Positions 29,056-38,101 of a DNA stretch of 64,000 nt are shown piece by piece (position 1 is the first letter of the stretch; each line of letters starts with the position of its first letter). The stretch comes from Alphaproteobacteria bacterium (GTDB lineage: Bacteria > Pseudomonadota > Alphaproteobacteria > UBA9219). The stretch covers positions 1,881 through 65,880 of the forward strand of contig JABDFY010000006.1 of NCBI GenBank assembly GCA_013286365.1, written 5' to 3'. Below the pieces are notes generated by a model. That model was given only the letters and a program-made list of their open reading frames with translations, was not told where the DNA came from and made no database searches. Made by a program: the position numbers and the translations under genes.

Positions 29056-30291
29056 ATGACAGATTTGAATGAACTCCTCTTTCAAAGAAACTCTATTCCT
29101 GCAATAAAATTTTCTCGTCGCTTAAGCAGAGCATTGGGACGGGTTGTCGCCGTCATTGATGAGGGCGACCTTCCATATACACCTACCGACTCCTTGTATG
29201 TTGATTTGAATGATGAACAACTTAGGGAAAGAGCTCTTTTTGTTAAAAAACGAATTGAAGAAACATTCCCAAGTGTCATCCAGCAAATTGAAGCTGCGGA
29301 CGCAGAACAGTGGAAAGAATTTTGGGAAAAACGTAAAGGCGTAAAAGTTGGAACAATGCATGGTGCTATCCATGTGTTTCCAACATCTCAAGATACCCAC
29401 CCTCAAATGTTTCGTTTAAAAGGCAGTCATTTTATAAAATTCGGGTTCATACTTGCACCCAGCGGGCAGCATACCCCCATAGTTCAATGGAGAGACCTGA
29501 CGGGTTTAGGTTCAAATCTTGAATATTTTCCCGAAGGTAATTTTATAGCCGATTATAAGTTTATTCATGAAGTCGCTCATCTGCTTCAAGCGTACAATTT
29601 CGGTATTGAAGGCGACGTATATTGGAGGTGGCATAAAGAACGCAACGCGGACATTTTATCCCATGAACAAATGGAAATTAGAGCTGAAGAGATCAAAATC
29701 TCAGAGCCTCAAGACGCTATACGTATTCGAGATACTGTAATGGCGGCTAAACAAGCCAGAGTTTTGAGAAGTTTCTTAAAACCTTATGAAGGGCATATGG
29801 TTTTTTCTGATCTTTATGCAAACGCCAGAATTACATTGCCAGAAGGCATTAATGTTCATCGCCATAACGTGATCGCTCTGGCTAGCTTCATCTCAAATAC
29901 TGAACTTAGGCTACGAACCATTGCTCGGCTTCAGGGAGCCAAGATATTGCAAACATCAAGTGATTTACAGTCGGATATTACAAGGTACAATCGAGCGCAA
30001 GACCTTCAGACTGTTGACCCAGATGTTCGTCCTTTTTTTGCTGTTATTGGGACAAAGATCAGCAAGAACTCAAATGACGATCCTCGAGATTTTCTTCCAG
30101 CTTTAAGAGATGTTGTTACCTCAAGAGAGGCAGACTTACCATTTACACAGCAGCATGGTGAATTAATATTGAAAGCTGTGCGTCGATTTGGCCCTTCACT
30201 GCTTTCTCTTCCGTCTCCCTTCCCTCATCCGCCTCTATATGATAGCCCTAGTTCGGATACGCCCTATCGCCTGTTTAAGCCAGATTGCTAG
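29056..30291 (+). CDS. Hypothetical protein with HExxH motif (possible zinc metallopeptidase/effector)
   Basis: 411 aa with FIHEVAHLLQAYNFGIEGD. No signal peptide, and nothing else I recognise. Confidence 0.3.
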   Translation: MTDLNELLFQRNSIPAIKFSRRLSRALGRVVAVIDEGDLPYTPTDSLYVDLNDEQLRERALFVKKRIEETFPSVIQQIEAADAEQWKEFWEKRKGVKVGTMHGAIHVFPTSQDTHPQMFRLKGSHFIKFGFILAPSGQHTPIVQWRDLTGLGSNLEYFPEGNFIADYKFIHEVAHLLQAYNFGIEGDVYWRWHKERNADILSHEQMEIRAEEIKISEPQDAIRIRDTVMAAKQARVLRSFLKPYEGHMVFSDLYANARITLPEGINVHRHNVIALASFISNTELRLRTIARLQGAKILQTSSDLQSDITRYNRAQDLQTVDPDVRPFFAVIGTKISKNSNDDPRDFLPALRDVVTSREADLPFTQQHGELILKAVRRFGPSLLSLPSPFPHPPLYDSPSSDTPYRLFKPDC

Positions 30292-30461
30292 ATTTAATTT
30301 AGGACTAACGGGTTTCGAAATTTATCAGGATCAATTTATGCGAACACTGCTTCTTATTGTTGTTGGATGCTACTTTCCCTGAAAGTATTAAGAAAAAATA
30401 TAGCATTTAATAATATGTTAAAGTGAGCCAATTTACATGCGTCTGATAATTTAGAGGTAGT

Positions 30462-31115
30462 ATGTCGAGGAGTTATTTACGTCATGATCCTTTGGAGCGT
30501 GCTGCACAAGAGATGGCAGTATTGCTGAATGAAGTGACGGGAGAATGTTTTCCTGACCATGAGTGGGCAGTTTGTTACGATGGCTATAGCTACTCTATTC
30601 AGATGGTGGGGACGGGTGACAAAAGTGATAAATCTTTATCTGAAACCGTTGTGGTAAATATTGGTGGGCAGAACCACCATGTTAAGAAGATATATGCAGA
30701 CAGTGAGAATTCCTCAACTGAAATTAGCCCAGAAGCCTATCACTCGCTAAGACATGCATTTGCATCGCTAGGTATATTAAGCACGGAAGAGAGACGCAGT
30801 CCTTTGACGAAACACCTAGCTAGATTTTTAATTACTGCATTTAAAAGCCACTACCCGAACTTCAGGTTAGGTGTTCGTATAAGTAGTAACATTTCGGACA
30901 TGACAAGAGACATACAGTGGCTCAATGAAAACAAAGGCGGACTGAGACGTTCGGTTTTCAGCCATACTCGTGGGTTTGCTTATCACCGACGAAAAATCAC
31001 TTCACCTATTGCTAGGCGAATTGGTAATAGTAGATATCGCTGGTGGAAAACAAGAAACTTAGTTCGCTCAGTTGTAATTAAGAGGTGGAAATCAGCTTTC
31101 TCTGATCCTAAATAG
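30462..31115 (+). CDS. Hypothetical protein with basic C-terminus
   Basis: 217-aa ORF. The C-terminal tail is R/K-rich: HRRKITSPIARRIGNSRYRWWKTRNLVRSVVIKRWK. Confidence 0.3.
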   Translation: MSRSYLRHDPLERAAQEMAVLLNEVTGECFPDHEWAVCYDGYSYSIQMVGTGDKSDKSLSETVVVNIGGQNHHVKKIYADSENSSTEISPEAYHSLRHAFASLGILSTEERRSPLTKHLARFLITAFKSHYPNFRLGVRISSNISDMTRDIQWLNENKGGLRRSVFSHTRGFAYHRRKITSPIARRIGNSRYRWWKTRNLVRSVVIKRWKSAFSDPK

Positions 31116-31343
31116 CAATCAGGCTATTCCAAGCAAGGGCCATAAGGCTTTCATGTGGAGTGCCGACAAATGCCAGCCCGCACGCAGTAATGCTATTAAT
31201 ACAATGCAAACCATCATCAAGTATCGCAAATTAGCGAGAATTTTGAAAATCTTACGCATGGTCCGCACAATATTAATATCAAAGATCTGGTTTGTTGCTA
31301 TCATTGGACAAAATCAGCTAATTTTCTATCAAGCACCCTGCAA

Positions 31344-32036
31344 TCATTGCTCAAATAAGTTTTTTTCATTAATCGTCACATCCGTCACAAAGATGGTTTG
31401 ACAATCAGGTTTGTTGTCACCCCACTTGGTAAAATAGTTGCCCGAAGGCGTTAGGGCTGTCTTCCATATCCACCCCGGTTGCTCCGACCATTCAACATCT
31501 ACCAGGTAACCTCGCAAGCGGACAATATCGCCGGTATTGGCGCGCCATAATTTCAAGAAAATTTCCATATTTGCTGGGATCAGATGATTGTTCGATTTAA
31601 TGCTGGTATCGCCCATGGCGGCGATATATTCGGGCGGAGTATCCGCGTTCCAATGATATTTGAAGGTATAATACCGGCCGATAGCATGAACGCCGTGATG
31701 ATCGAAACTCATATAGGGGCGGATAATGTTAAGATCGGACATGCTTTTCCAGCCCAGCGCGAAATCGTACGGGATAATATCGCCGAAAAACCCATTCGTA
31801 AAATATTGCCGCTTATGCAACACACGACCAGAAATGTCATAGGTCATGCGAGGTTCAATGAGAAAGGTTCGCGGAAATAGCGCGTATGAGGTGAATGGAA
31901 ATGACGCAAGCTTGGTTTCGGTTTCTATCGGCTCCTGAGAAACAATACCCGGCTTGGCAAATCGAAAAGGATCAAATACGCCCCATAACCAATAGCCTAT
32001 CAAACAAACGACAACTATTTTTACGAAGTAGCGCAT
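31344..32036 (-). CDS. Hypothetical membrane-anchored protein
   Basis: N-terminal TM MRYFVKIVVVCLIGYWLWGVF from ATG 32036. The track ORF starts at GTG 32081. Confidence 0.35.
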   Translation of the reverse strand: MRYFVKIVVVCLIGYWLWGVFDPFRFAKPGIVSQEPIETETKLASFPFTSYALFPRTFLIEPRMTYDISGRVLHKRQYFTNGFFGDIIPYDFALGWKSMSDLNIIRPYMSFDHHGVHAIGRYYTFKYHWNADTPPEYIAAMGDTSIKSNNHLIPANMEIFLKLWRANTGDIVRLRGYLVDVEWSEQPGWIWKTALTPSGNYFTKWGDNKPDCQTIFVTDVTINEKNLFEQ

Positions 32037-32131
32037 AATTGATTTGCCCATTTGCATATCCGGCGGCACTTTAAGGCACAAAAAGACGCGATAAATCTCT
32101 GAATTGCCAGCGCATACTGATTTCCTATGTT

Positions 32132-32174
32132 TTCACACGGTAGATGTCATAGGTTCAATGCCTTTCCATCACCA
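32132..32174 (+). repeat. Degenerate copy of the tRNA-Val 3-prime end plus about 100 bp of flank homologous to the 14595 flank
   Basis: ttcacacggtagatgtcataggttcaatgcctttccatcacca, followed by attcaatgatttagccgccactgaaatgatcgag. Compare tttcaatgatttagtgatcattgaaatgattgag at 14595. Confidence 0.65.
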
Positions 32175-32364
32175 ATTCAATGATTTAGCCGCCACTGAAA
32201 TGATCGAGAATCCTACCTAATGCCGGTAAAGTTTGATAGTAAACTATACATGCCTTAGGCAGAGGTCGCTGAATTCATTAGATCAAACAAAACTCAAACT
32301 GATACTCTTTTAAAGAAAGCAACGCACTTCTCGCAAGAGTTATACTTTCTAGTCTGCCATTTCA

Positions 32365-33564
32365 ATGGGCTCGATCACAACCATGCGCATAGAACGCAAT
32401 CTGAAACTCATCGGGTTCTTTACAGTTTGCGGTAGCATGCTGTTTCTTATCCCGGTCATATTACCTTATTACAGCGAGGTGATAGGCCTTGGGTACAGAG
32501 AGTTTTTATATGGAGAGACAGCATATGCCGCAGCTATTGTGCTTTTTGATGTTCCGACAGGCTGGATATCTGATGTGTGGAAGCGCAAACACACTTTAGC
32601 ACTTGGCTACATTCTCAATATGATCGGGTGGTGCATACTTTTAATTGCCCATAGTCTCTGGCAAGCCATTTTAGCCCAAACCTTTCTTGGGCTTTGTTAC
32701 AGTCTGTTGTCAGGATCTAACACTGCTCTCCTTTATGATTCACTACTTTCCGTAGATCGCAAAAATGAATATCGCAAAAAGGAAGGCAAACGAATGGCGT
32801 TGTCGCTTTATGCCATAGCTGGGGCCAGCGTTGTGGGTGGTTTTCTGTATTCAATTAATCGGTATCTTCCTATTTATACGACACTAATTGCAAACTTTAT
32901 TGCCCTCATCGCGGTTCTTATGATAGATGAGCCCGAGCGTCATAAAAGGATAGGACAGAAGCATCCTGTGGCCGATATAATCGAGACAATAAAGTATGCT
33001 CTGCATGGTCATGCTGAAGTGGGCTTTATTATCATTTTTACTGCCGTGCTGTTTTGTTCTACCAAACTCATCATGATATCGCAGCAGCCTTATTACATGG
33101 CGCTCAATTTTCCAAAGGCTGCTTTTGGCATACTGATTGCCGTCGGATTCTTTTTAGGCGGCGCATCAAGCCATTGGGCGCACCTTCTTGACGGCAAGAT
33201 TAATACCTTTCGGGCCTTGATGTTTGCTTGGGCCTTGGCGTTTTTTGTCTGCGTCGGTGCTGGACTACATATTGGACTATCTGGGGTGGCTTTATTGATG
33301 GTAGGCGGAAGCTGCATTTATGGAGCTGCAGCTCCACGTGTGAATGAAGCCATCAATCGGCTTGTCGGGTCTGAAAGACGAGCTACGATCCTTTCGACAC
33401 TCAGTTTTATGACGTCTCTGCTCGCAATACCCATGAGTGCCCTTATAGGGTGGATATCGGGTATTGGTGGCGTTCAATTATCTCTTTTTGGAATAGCTTT
33501 ATGGCTTTGTTTGTCTGGCGCATGCCTTGTTGCATGGAAAATGGGGCGGACCCAGGCCACTTAA
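32365..33564 (+). CDS. MFS-type transporter
   Basis: 399 aa with about 12 hydrophobic segments and a central loop, DRKNEYRKKEGKR, in an MFS-like arrangement. Confidence 0.6.
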   Translation: MGSITTMRIERNLKLIGFFTVCGSMLFLIPVILPYYSEVIGLGYREFLYGETAYAAAIVLFDVPTGWISDVWKRKHTLALGYILNMIGWCILLIAHSLWQAILAQTFLGLCYSLLSGSNTALLYDSLLSVDRKNEYRKKEGKRMALSLYAIAGASVVGGFLYSINRYLPIYTTLIANFIALIAVLMIDEPERHKRIGQKHPVADIIETIKYALHGHAEVGFIIIFTAVLFCSTKLIMISQQPYYMALNFPKAAFGILIAVGFFLGGASSHWAHLLDGKINTFRALMFAWALAFFVCVGAGLHIGLSGVALLMVGGSCIYGAAAPRVNEAINRLVGSERRATILSTLSFMTSLLAIPMSALIGWISGIGGVQLSLFGIALWLCLSGACLVAWKMGRTQAT

Positions 33565-33618
33565 GGTATTCGGCTTCTTGCTATATCAGTCATGTGGATG
33601 AAATAGATCGGGTTCACT

Positions 33619-34893
33619 TCAGGGGATAAAATTGTTGTCTTTGATTAGAACCATAACCGCATGAGATACGCAAATACCATCATTGCCTAACTTCGGACTA
33701 TTCGTGATTGCATTGCCTGTTATCGTAACGTCTCTAATCTGTGGGCCACCTGCGTCTAGAGCATTGCCATCGACTTCAATTGGGCATTGCTTTGTACCAG
33801 AAACCTGATTGCCGCTAATTTTACCATCGGACGCGTTTTGAACAAGAATTCCTTCACCCCATCTCGGGTTTTGATTAGAAAGAACGTTTTCAACTACATT
33901 GTCGCTAATATCGAAACCTACCGATGGTGTTGGATTGCCGTTCGGCCACCCGGAAATCTCGATGGCAGTGATTGCCGTGTTGTGAGCGATATTTTTGGTG
34001 ATGATGATGTTTGTTCCTGCAAAATGAATGGCGTGCCCCATTTGGTTGATAATACCATTATCTTCAATTGTATTTTCCGTAATCACGATGTCCTTGTTGT
34101 TAGGGCTATATCCGTTGATATCGAGGCCATTATGGCTAACGTAATTCTTCGAAATATTAACATTCTCTACCCCTGCTGAAGCTTGGGCACCTGGATCACT
34201 CGCTCCTCCATCGCCGTTGCCTGCGATAATTGTCATGGGGGACAAAGCGCAGTCTTCAATGTGGTTGTCATGGAAATAAAGATCATGTGCCTGTTCTGTT
34301 ATGTAATCGACGGCGATGCCGTGGCGGCCGGTATGCACTATCCGATTATTGGCTATTTCCCAGTTGGCATCTCCGCTGGAAAGCTCTACGGCACTCAACG
34401 GAATATCATGAAAATATATATTGTTCAGAAGCACGTCTGTCACATGACCGCTCGAAACGATGCTGCTTATCTTGGTAAATTGCGTAAGAACATTTGAACG
34501 ACCGTCGATTTCAAGTCCATCAATTTGAATATTTTTGGAATATTTAGGTATCGATAAAATCGGTGTGCCATCAATAGCGTTTCCGCCGAGCACTAGCTTT
34601 GCGCCGGTCGCAAATATGTTGACGCCATTTTTCGGCATAGCGAGGGAAGTGACAGTGTAGGTGCCCCCGGGCAATATAAGCCTTTTACCTCCGGCCTCAT
34701 TCAAAGCCGCCTGCAAGGCGTTAGTGCTATCGGCAGCGCCGGTTGGGTCAAGTCCAGGAAAATTTTTGGCAATCGCGATAATTGTGAAGTTGTTAAAGCC
34801 AGATGGCTGGCTATATGCATAGTCTGTACTCAGAAAAAGAAAAAATAGCACAGTCAGCGCAGATACACAGATGCCGACACCATATTTCCGCAT
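33619..34893 (-). CDS. Secreted right-handed parallel beta-helix (pectin-lyase-fold) protein
   Basis: Signal/TM MRKYGVGICVSALTVLFFLFLS from ATG 34893. The N-terminal DPTGAADSTNALQAALNEAGGKRLILPGGTYTV is typical of the Pectate_lyase_3 type. Periodic segments such as NITI.GN...N run through the rest of the protein. Confidence 0.6.
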   Translation of the reverse strand: MRKYGVGICVSALTVLFFLFLSTDYAYSQPSGFNNFTIIAIAKNFPGLDPTGAADSTNALQAALNEAGGKRLILPGGTYTVTSLAMPKNGVNIFATGAKLVLGGNAIDGTPILSIPKYSKNIQIDGLEIDGRSNVLTQFTKISSIVSSGHVTDVLLNNIYFHDIPLSAVELSSGDANWEIANNRIVHTGRHGIAVDYITEQAHDLYFHDNHIEDCALSPMTIIAGNGDGGASDPGAQASAGVENVNISKNYVSHNGLDINGYSPNNKDIVITENTIEDNGIINQMGHAIHFAGTNIIITKNIAHNTAITAIEISGWPNGNPTPSVGFDISDNVVENVLSNQNPRWGEGILVQNASDGKISGNQVSGTKQCPIEVDGNALDAGGPQIRDVTITGNAITNSPKLGNDGICVSHAVMVLIKDNNFIP

Positions 34894-35150
34894 TAAACGA
34901 GTTATATCTTTTGTTCCAAATTTCACAATAAGCTTTCCTGAAAATATCAGTTGCTTTACTTCTTCGTACTCACCTACCAGACATACAATGGAAGTCAAAG
35001 AAAAAACATGGTAAATTTATTTTCAACTAAAAATGAAAAAATAGGCCTATGAGTTCTCAAAATGTACCTGGCTTTGCCGGAAGTCATTGATTAACCGTAC
35101 TTTACCACGTGGCTTAACAATAAAGTTTAAGTGTGTTTCCTTATATACGC

Positions 35151-37964
35151 TTACCTGATCGTTACGTTTGTATGAGACTGGTAACGACTATTGTTGATTG
35201 TGTAATAGCGACCCTTGTCAGTAACAATCTCCCATATATCCGGGCGTTCCTGAGAAATACGATTGACCCAGTCATCGACTAGTTTATGACAAACCTGACG
35301 TTGTCCGTGGAATTCAATAAGCGGACCCACCGGATCAAAATATATTCCCAGTTTTGCCAAAAGATCGATGAGGAATGGCTCCATCTCCGCGCACCACTGT
35401 TTCACGTTATGTTGTTTGGCGAGCAAAAAGAGCATGCTTATGAGACCAAGAGACATCGCCGGAATGATACGCGCCCGATCAAAGGCTAATTCCTCTTCTG
35501 TATAGCCAGACCCTCTCAATGTATCGGCCACACGGCGACGTAATTCCCGAGAAATACAAAATCTGGAAATTTCTGCCATATTTTTCAAAGGCACTAATTG
35601 TGGTATCTGAAGATTATTTTCAGTGCAGATTTTATGGACAGGAAACACTCCGGTTGTCGCATTTTCTGGATGCAGAATGAGCCTGACCGTGCCGATGAAA
35701 AGACCTGTTTCTCGATGACGTAATAGAGCATGTACGGAATGCGTATCATACTCGTCTTTCTCAAGTTGGGCTGAGTTGAATTTATTGCTATTTTTTTGCC
35801 AATCATATTCGAGACAATAGACCTTGTACCTCAGCTTATAGCATTCGTTGCGAAGAGCATCCGTATCGGCAATAACAGAATCGAAAATGCTATGATAATA
35901 ATCGTAAAGAGAAGGTTTGGTTTTAGCAGGAGCTTCTTTTGCATAAAGCGCCGTTAAAGGTAGGCGCACAGAACGGCTGCTAGAGCGCTGTTTTCTGGGA
36001 TAGCCGATCCGCCCAATAAAGGCGATTTGGGATGGTTTTTTGCCGATCTGGTTCATAAGCCTCTGGCCAAGGCGCACAGATTTTAGAAGCATATTGCTAT
36101 CGTTTGTGAAGACATCTTTTCGTTGTCCGAACAGACTAAACATATGTGTTGCCGTGTTTGGCTGCATCACAAGGCCCATCGACGTCGCCGTGAGCCAGAA
36201 ACGTTGCATGGTTTGACCCATTTGCAAGTATTTTTGGGATGTAACCACGTCTTGTTCTCTATAATAAATGATAAAATGGCTGGAGCAGAACAAACCGGGC
36301 AACAACCCCATTTCTAATTGGGCAATAAGGGTTCCACCACCAAATCGGTTCATGAAATCGATACGTCGCCAGTCCTTCATCAACCAGTGCATAAGTTTAC
36401 ATGTCATCCAGTCGAGGCCTGTGGCCCAGATTGGAACTTTTGCAAGGCTGAATTTCTGTGTCCAATCCAAGATCGCCATGTGGGTTTTAAAAGCCTCAGG
36501 AATACGTAGACGGATATCCGTTGCCATCGCGTTGTTGATGGCTTGCTGCCAGCGCTCTAAAAAGGTTTCATGCCAACTTATAGAAAACTCGTCCCCAAGC
36601 GTAAGCATAAGAGCTCGTTTTTGCTCATCCGATAAAGGTGTCGTGCGATATAGATCGCGATTGACTGATCGGGTTGAGATAAAATTTGCCAGCTTATCGG
36701 CCTTGAGTGTAGGATTTTTAGGCAAGTTTACAACGAGCCGATAAACACCGTTCTCCTCGCTATCCAGAGACCAAGTGAAGTCACGATGATGACACGTTGC
36801 CGCAATCCGGATGGATTCGAGAAGACCGCCTCCGGCCAACAAGGTTGGTACTCCATTATCGAAATCGTAGAAATCTTCTATAGATCTAGCTTTTGCCGTT
36901 GCCAGATAAATAATGGCATGGCTGTCATCGATAATCTCAAAACGCCAAGGCTGCGTATTATCTCCACTTGGGGCCCAGCGCGCCTGATCAAAAATGGCTT
37001 CGATAGCGCGACTATGTACAGGAAGTGGTGGATGATCTGCGTTGCTTAGACGCTCAAACTGACGGTGAGTAATTGCAATTTTGAAGCGCTGGAGAAGATT
37101 TGCATTCCCACCTACCAACCTTGCTCGTTTCCATTTGCACTTATAGGCATCAAAATGATGATACCAGGGCGCGGCATAAATCGGACCACGTTTGAGGAGT
37201 AGTTTCAAGATTTGTGCAGCTGCAACACCAGCGCATAATTCGCAGGAAAGACCTGTCGAAGGCACGCGTTGATTTTTAATATCAAAACGTGTTTTATCAA
37301 CCAAATAGGAACGATGTAGCCCGGCCGGGGTTAGCCCCAAAAGAAAATGAACCATCTGCTTATCTTTTGGAAAATCGCGCATGCAGAAATAATCTTCGAA
37401 ACTCATTCCGTCTTTTGTGAAAACAAGATAGGCAGCCCCCATACCAGCAGGCGCTGCTGTGACGGCTGGAATCCCAAGTTCATGACAAAGGGAAAAAATC
37501 TTGCGTCGTGTATCGAGAACAAAAAAGTCGAGCCCGTCGAGATAGACATCGACCCCTTCAAGAAATGAGTTGATGTTATTATCCGTAACGCCGTCCTTAA
37601 ACTTCCTAATATCGAGTTCAGGGTTAATAGTGCGTGCCATCTCGGCCATCGTATCGGCTTTTGATTTGCCGATAGATGATAGCGATGCGCCAGCCTGCCG
37701 ATTGAAGTTTGCCAGCTCAAAATTGTCAAAATCGGCAATATTAAAGGCGCCAATGCCAAGCCTGGTCAGCGTCAGAAGATGTGAACCGCCAACGCCTCCC
37801 ATTCCAGCAATGGCTATACGCTTATAACGGAGTTCTTGTTGTTCGAAAGCGGTGACCCATCCGAGATTGCGGCTAAAGGCTTCGTCATAAGAAAATAATG
37901 GAGCGTCAGGCGTTTCGCGCAATTTTTCAGATTCCATTAGATGCGACCAATTGGATGAGGCCAA
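35151..37964 (-). CDS. Tri-domain fusion: E1/ThiF-like adenylyltransferase + nitroreductase-like (tandem) + N-acyl amino acid synthase (LuxI-related, TIGR03694-like)
   Basis: The 937-aa ORF is uninterrupted. ThiF motifs, aa ~45-265 (nt ~37170-37832): IAGMGGVGG, DFDNFELANFNRQ, INPELDI, LDGLDFF. Nitroreductase motifs, aa ~315-665 (nt ~35970-37022): ARWAPSGDNTQPWRFEII, FISTRSVNRDLY. NAS motifs, aa ~690-905 (nt ~35250-35897): CYKLRYKVYCLEYDW, EKDEYD, GTVRLIL, AEISRFCIS. Confidence 0.7.
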   Translation of the reverse strand: MASSNWSHLMESEKLRETPDAPLFSYDEAFSRNLGWVTAFEQQELRYKRIAIAGMGGVGGSHLLTLTRLGIGAFNIADFDNFELANFNRQAGASLSSIGKSKADTMAEMARTINPELDIRKFKDGVTDNNINSFLEGVDVYLDGLDFFVLDTRRKIFSLCHELGIPAVTAAPAGMGAAYLVFTKDGMSFEDYFCMRDFPKDKQMVHFLLGLTPAGLHRSYLVDKTRFDIKNQRVPSTGLSCELCAGVAAAQILKLLLKRGPIYAAPWYHHFDAYKCKWKRARLVGGNANLLQRFKIAITHRQFERLSNADHPPLPVHSRAIEAIFDQARWAPSGDNTQPWRFEIIDDSHAIIYLATAKARSIEDFYDFDNGVPTLLAGGGLLESIRIAATCHHRDFTWSLDSEENGVYRLVVNLPKNPTLKADKLANFISTRSVNRDLYRTTPLSDEQKRALMLTLGDEFSISWHETFLERWQQAINNAMATDIRLRIPEAFKTHMAILDWTQKFSLAKVPIWATGLDWMTCKLMHWLMKDWRRIDFMNRFGGGTLIAQLEMGLLPGLFCSSHFIIYYREQDVVTSQKYLQMGQTMQRFWLTATSMGLVMQPNTATHMFSLFGQRKDVFTNDSNMLLKSVRLGQRLMNQIGKKPSQIAFIGRIGYPRKQRSSSRSVRLPLTALYAKEAPAKTKPSLYDYYHSIFDSVIADTDALRNECYKLRYKVYCLEYDWQKNSNKFNSAQLEKDEYDTHSVHALLRHRETGLFIGTVRLILHPENATTGVFPVHKICTENNLQIPQLVPLKNMAEISRFCISRELRRRVADTLRGSGYTEEELAFDRARIIPAMSLGLISMLFLLAKQHNVKQWCAEMEPFLIDLLAKLGIYFDPVGPLIEFHGQRQVCHKLVDDWVNRISQERPDIWEIVTDKGRYYTINNSRYQSHTNVTIR

Positions 37965-38061
37965 TTTGAGAATTTTTGGCGTAACTCATTGTCTTGGCTT
38001 AGAAATTAATACGTAACCAAACTGGATATCTATGATTAAATTGCCTATATAATTACCTATA

Positions 38062-38078
38062 TTGCATATTTTATGCAA
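38062..38078. promoter_or_regulatory. Perfect 17-bp palindrome (TTGCATA-TTT-TATGCAA) in the divergent intergenic region; candidate operator
   Basis: Read directly. It lies 23 bp upstream of the XRE regulator ATG at 38102 and about 100 bp upstream of the tri-domain gene start at 37964. A direct repeat, cctatat-aatta-cctatat, sits next to it at 38044-38062. Confidence 0.4.
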
Positions 38079-38101
38079 ACCTAGCCCCATGGAACGCTAC
38101 G

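Larger units (their letters stand above)
9465..32174. mobile_element. Composite accessory region: array of cassettes delimited by direct copies of the tRNA-Val 3-prime end (putative serially integrated genomic islands, no integrase seen)
   Basis: Copies in the same orientation at 9465-9511 (functional), 14548-14594, 23615-23660, 28768-28789 and 32132-32174. The cargo is accessory-type. Lines I counted by eye were more AT-rich here than in the core, about 35 percent GC at 29221-29280 against about 55 percent at 44821-44880. Confidence 0.55.

Noticed and set aside
34894-34998. 35-aa N-terminal extension of the beta-helix protein in the track (MTSIVCLVGEYEE...)
   Set aside because: The internal ATG 34893 begins a textbook signal/TM sequence, and the extension has no such feature. 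I preferred the shorter model.
34995-35087. 30-codon minus-strand ORF (MTSGKARYILRTHRPIFSFLVENKFTMFFL) just downstream of the tri-domain gene, as a possible RiPP precursor
   Set aside because: It has no Shine-Dalgarno and no Cys/Ser/Thr-rich core, and a short ORF in AT-rich spacer is easily explained by chance. The evidence is insufficient.
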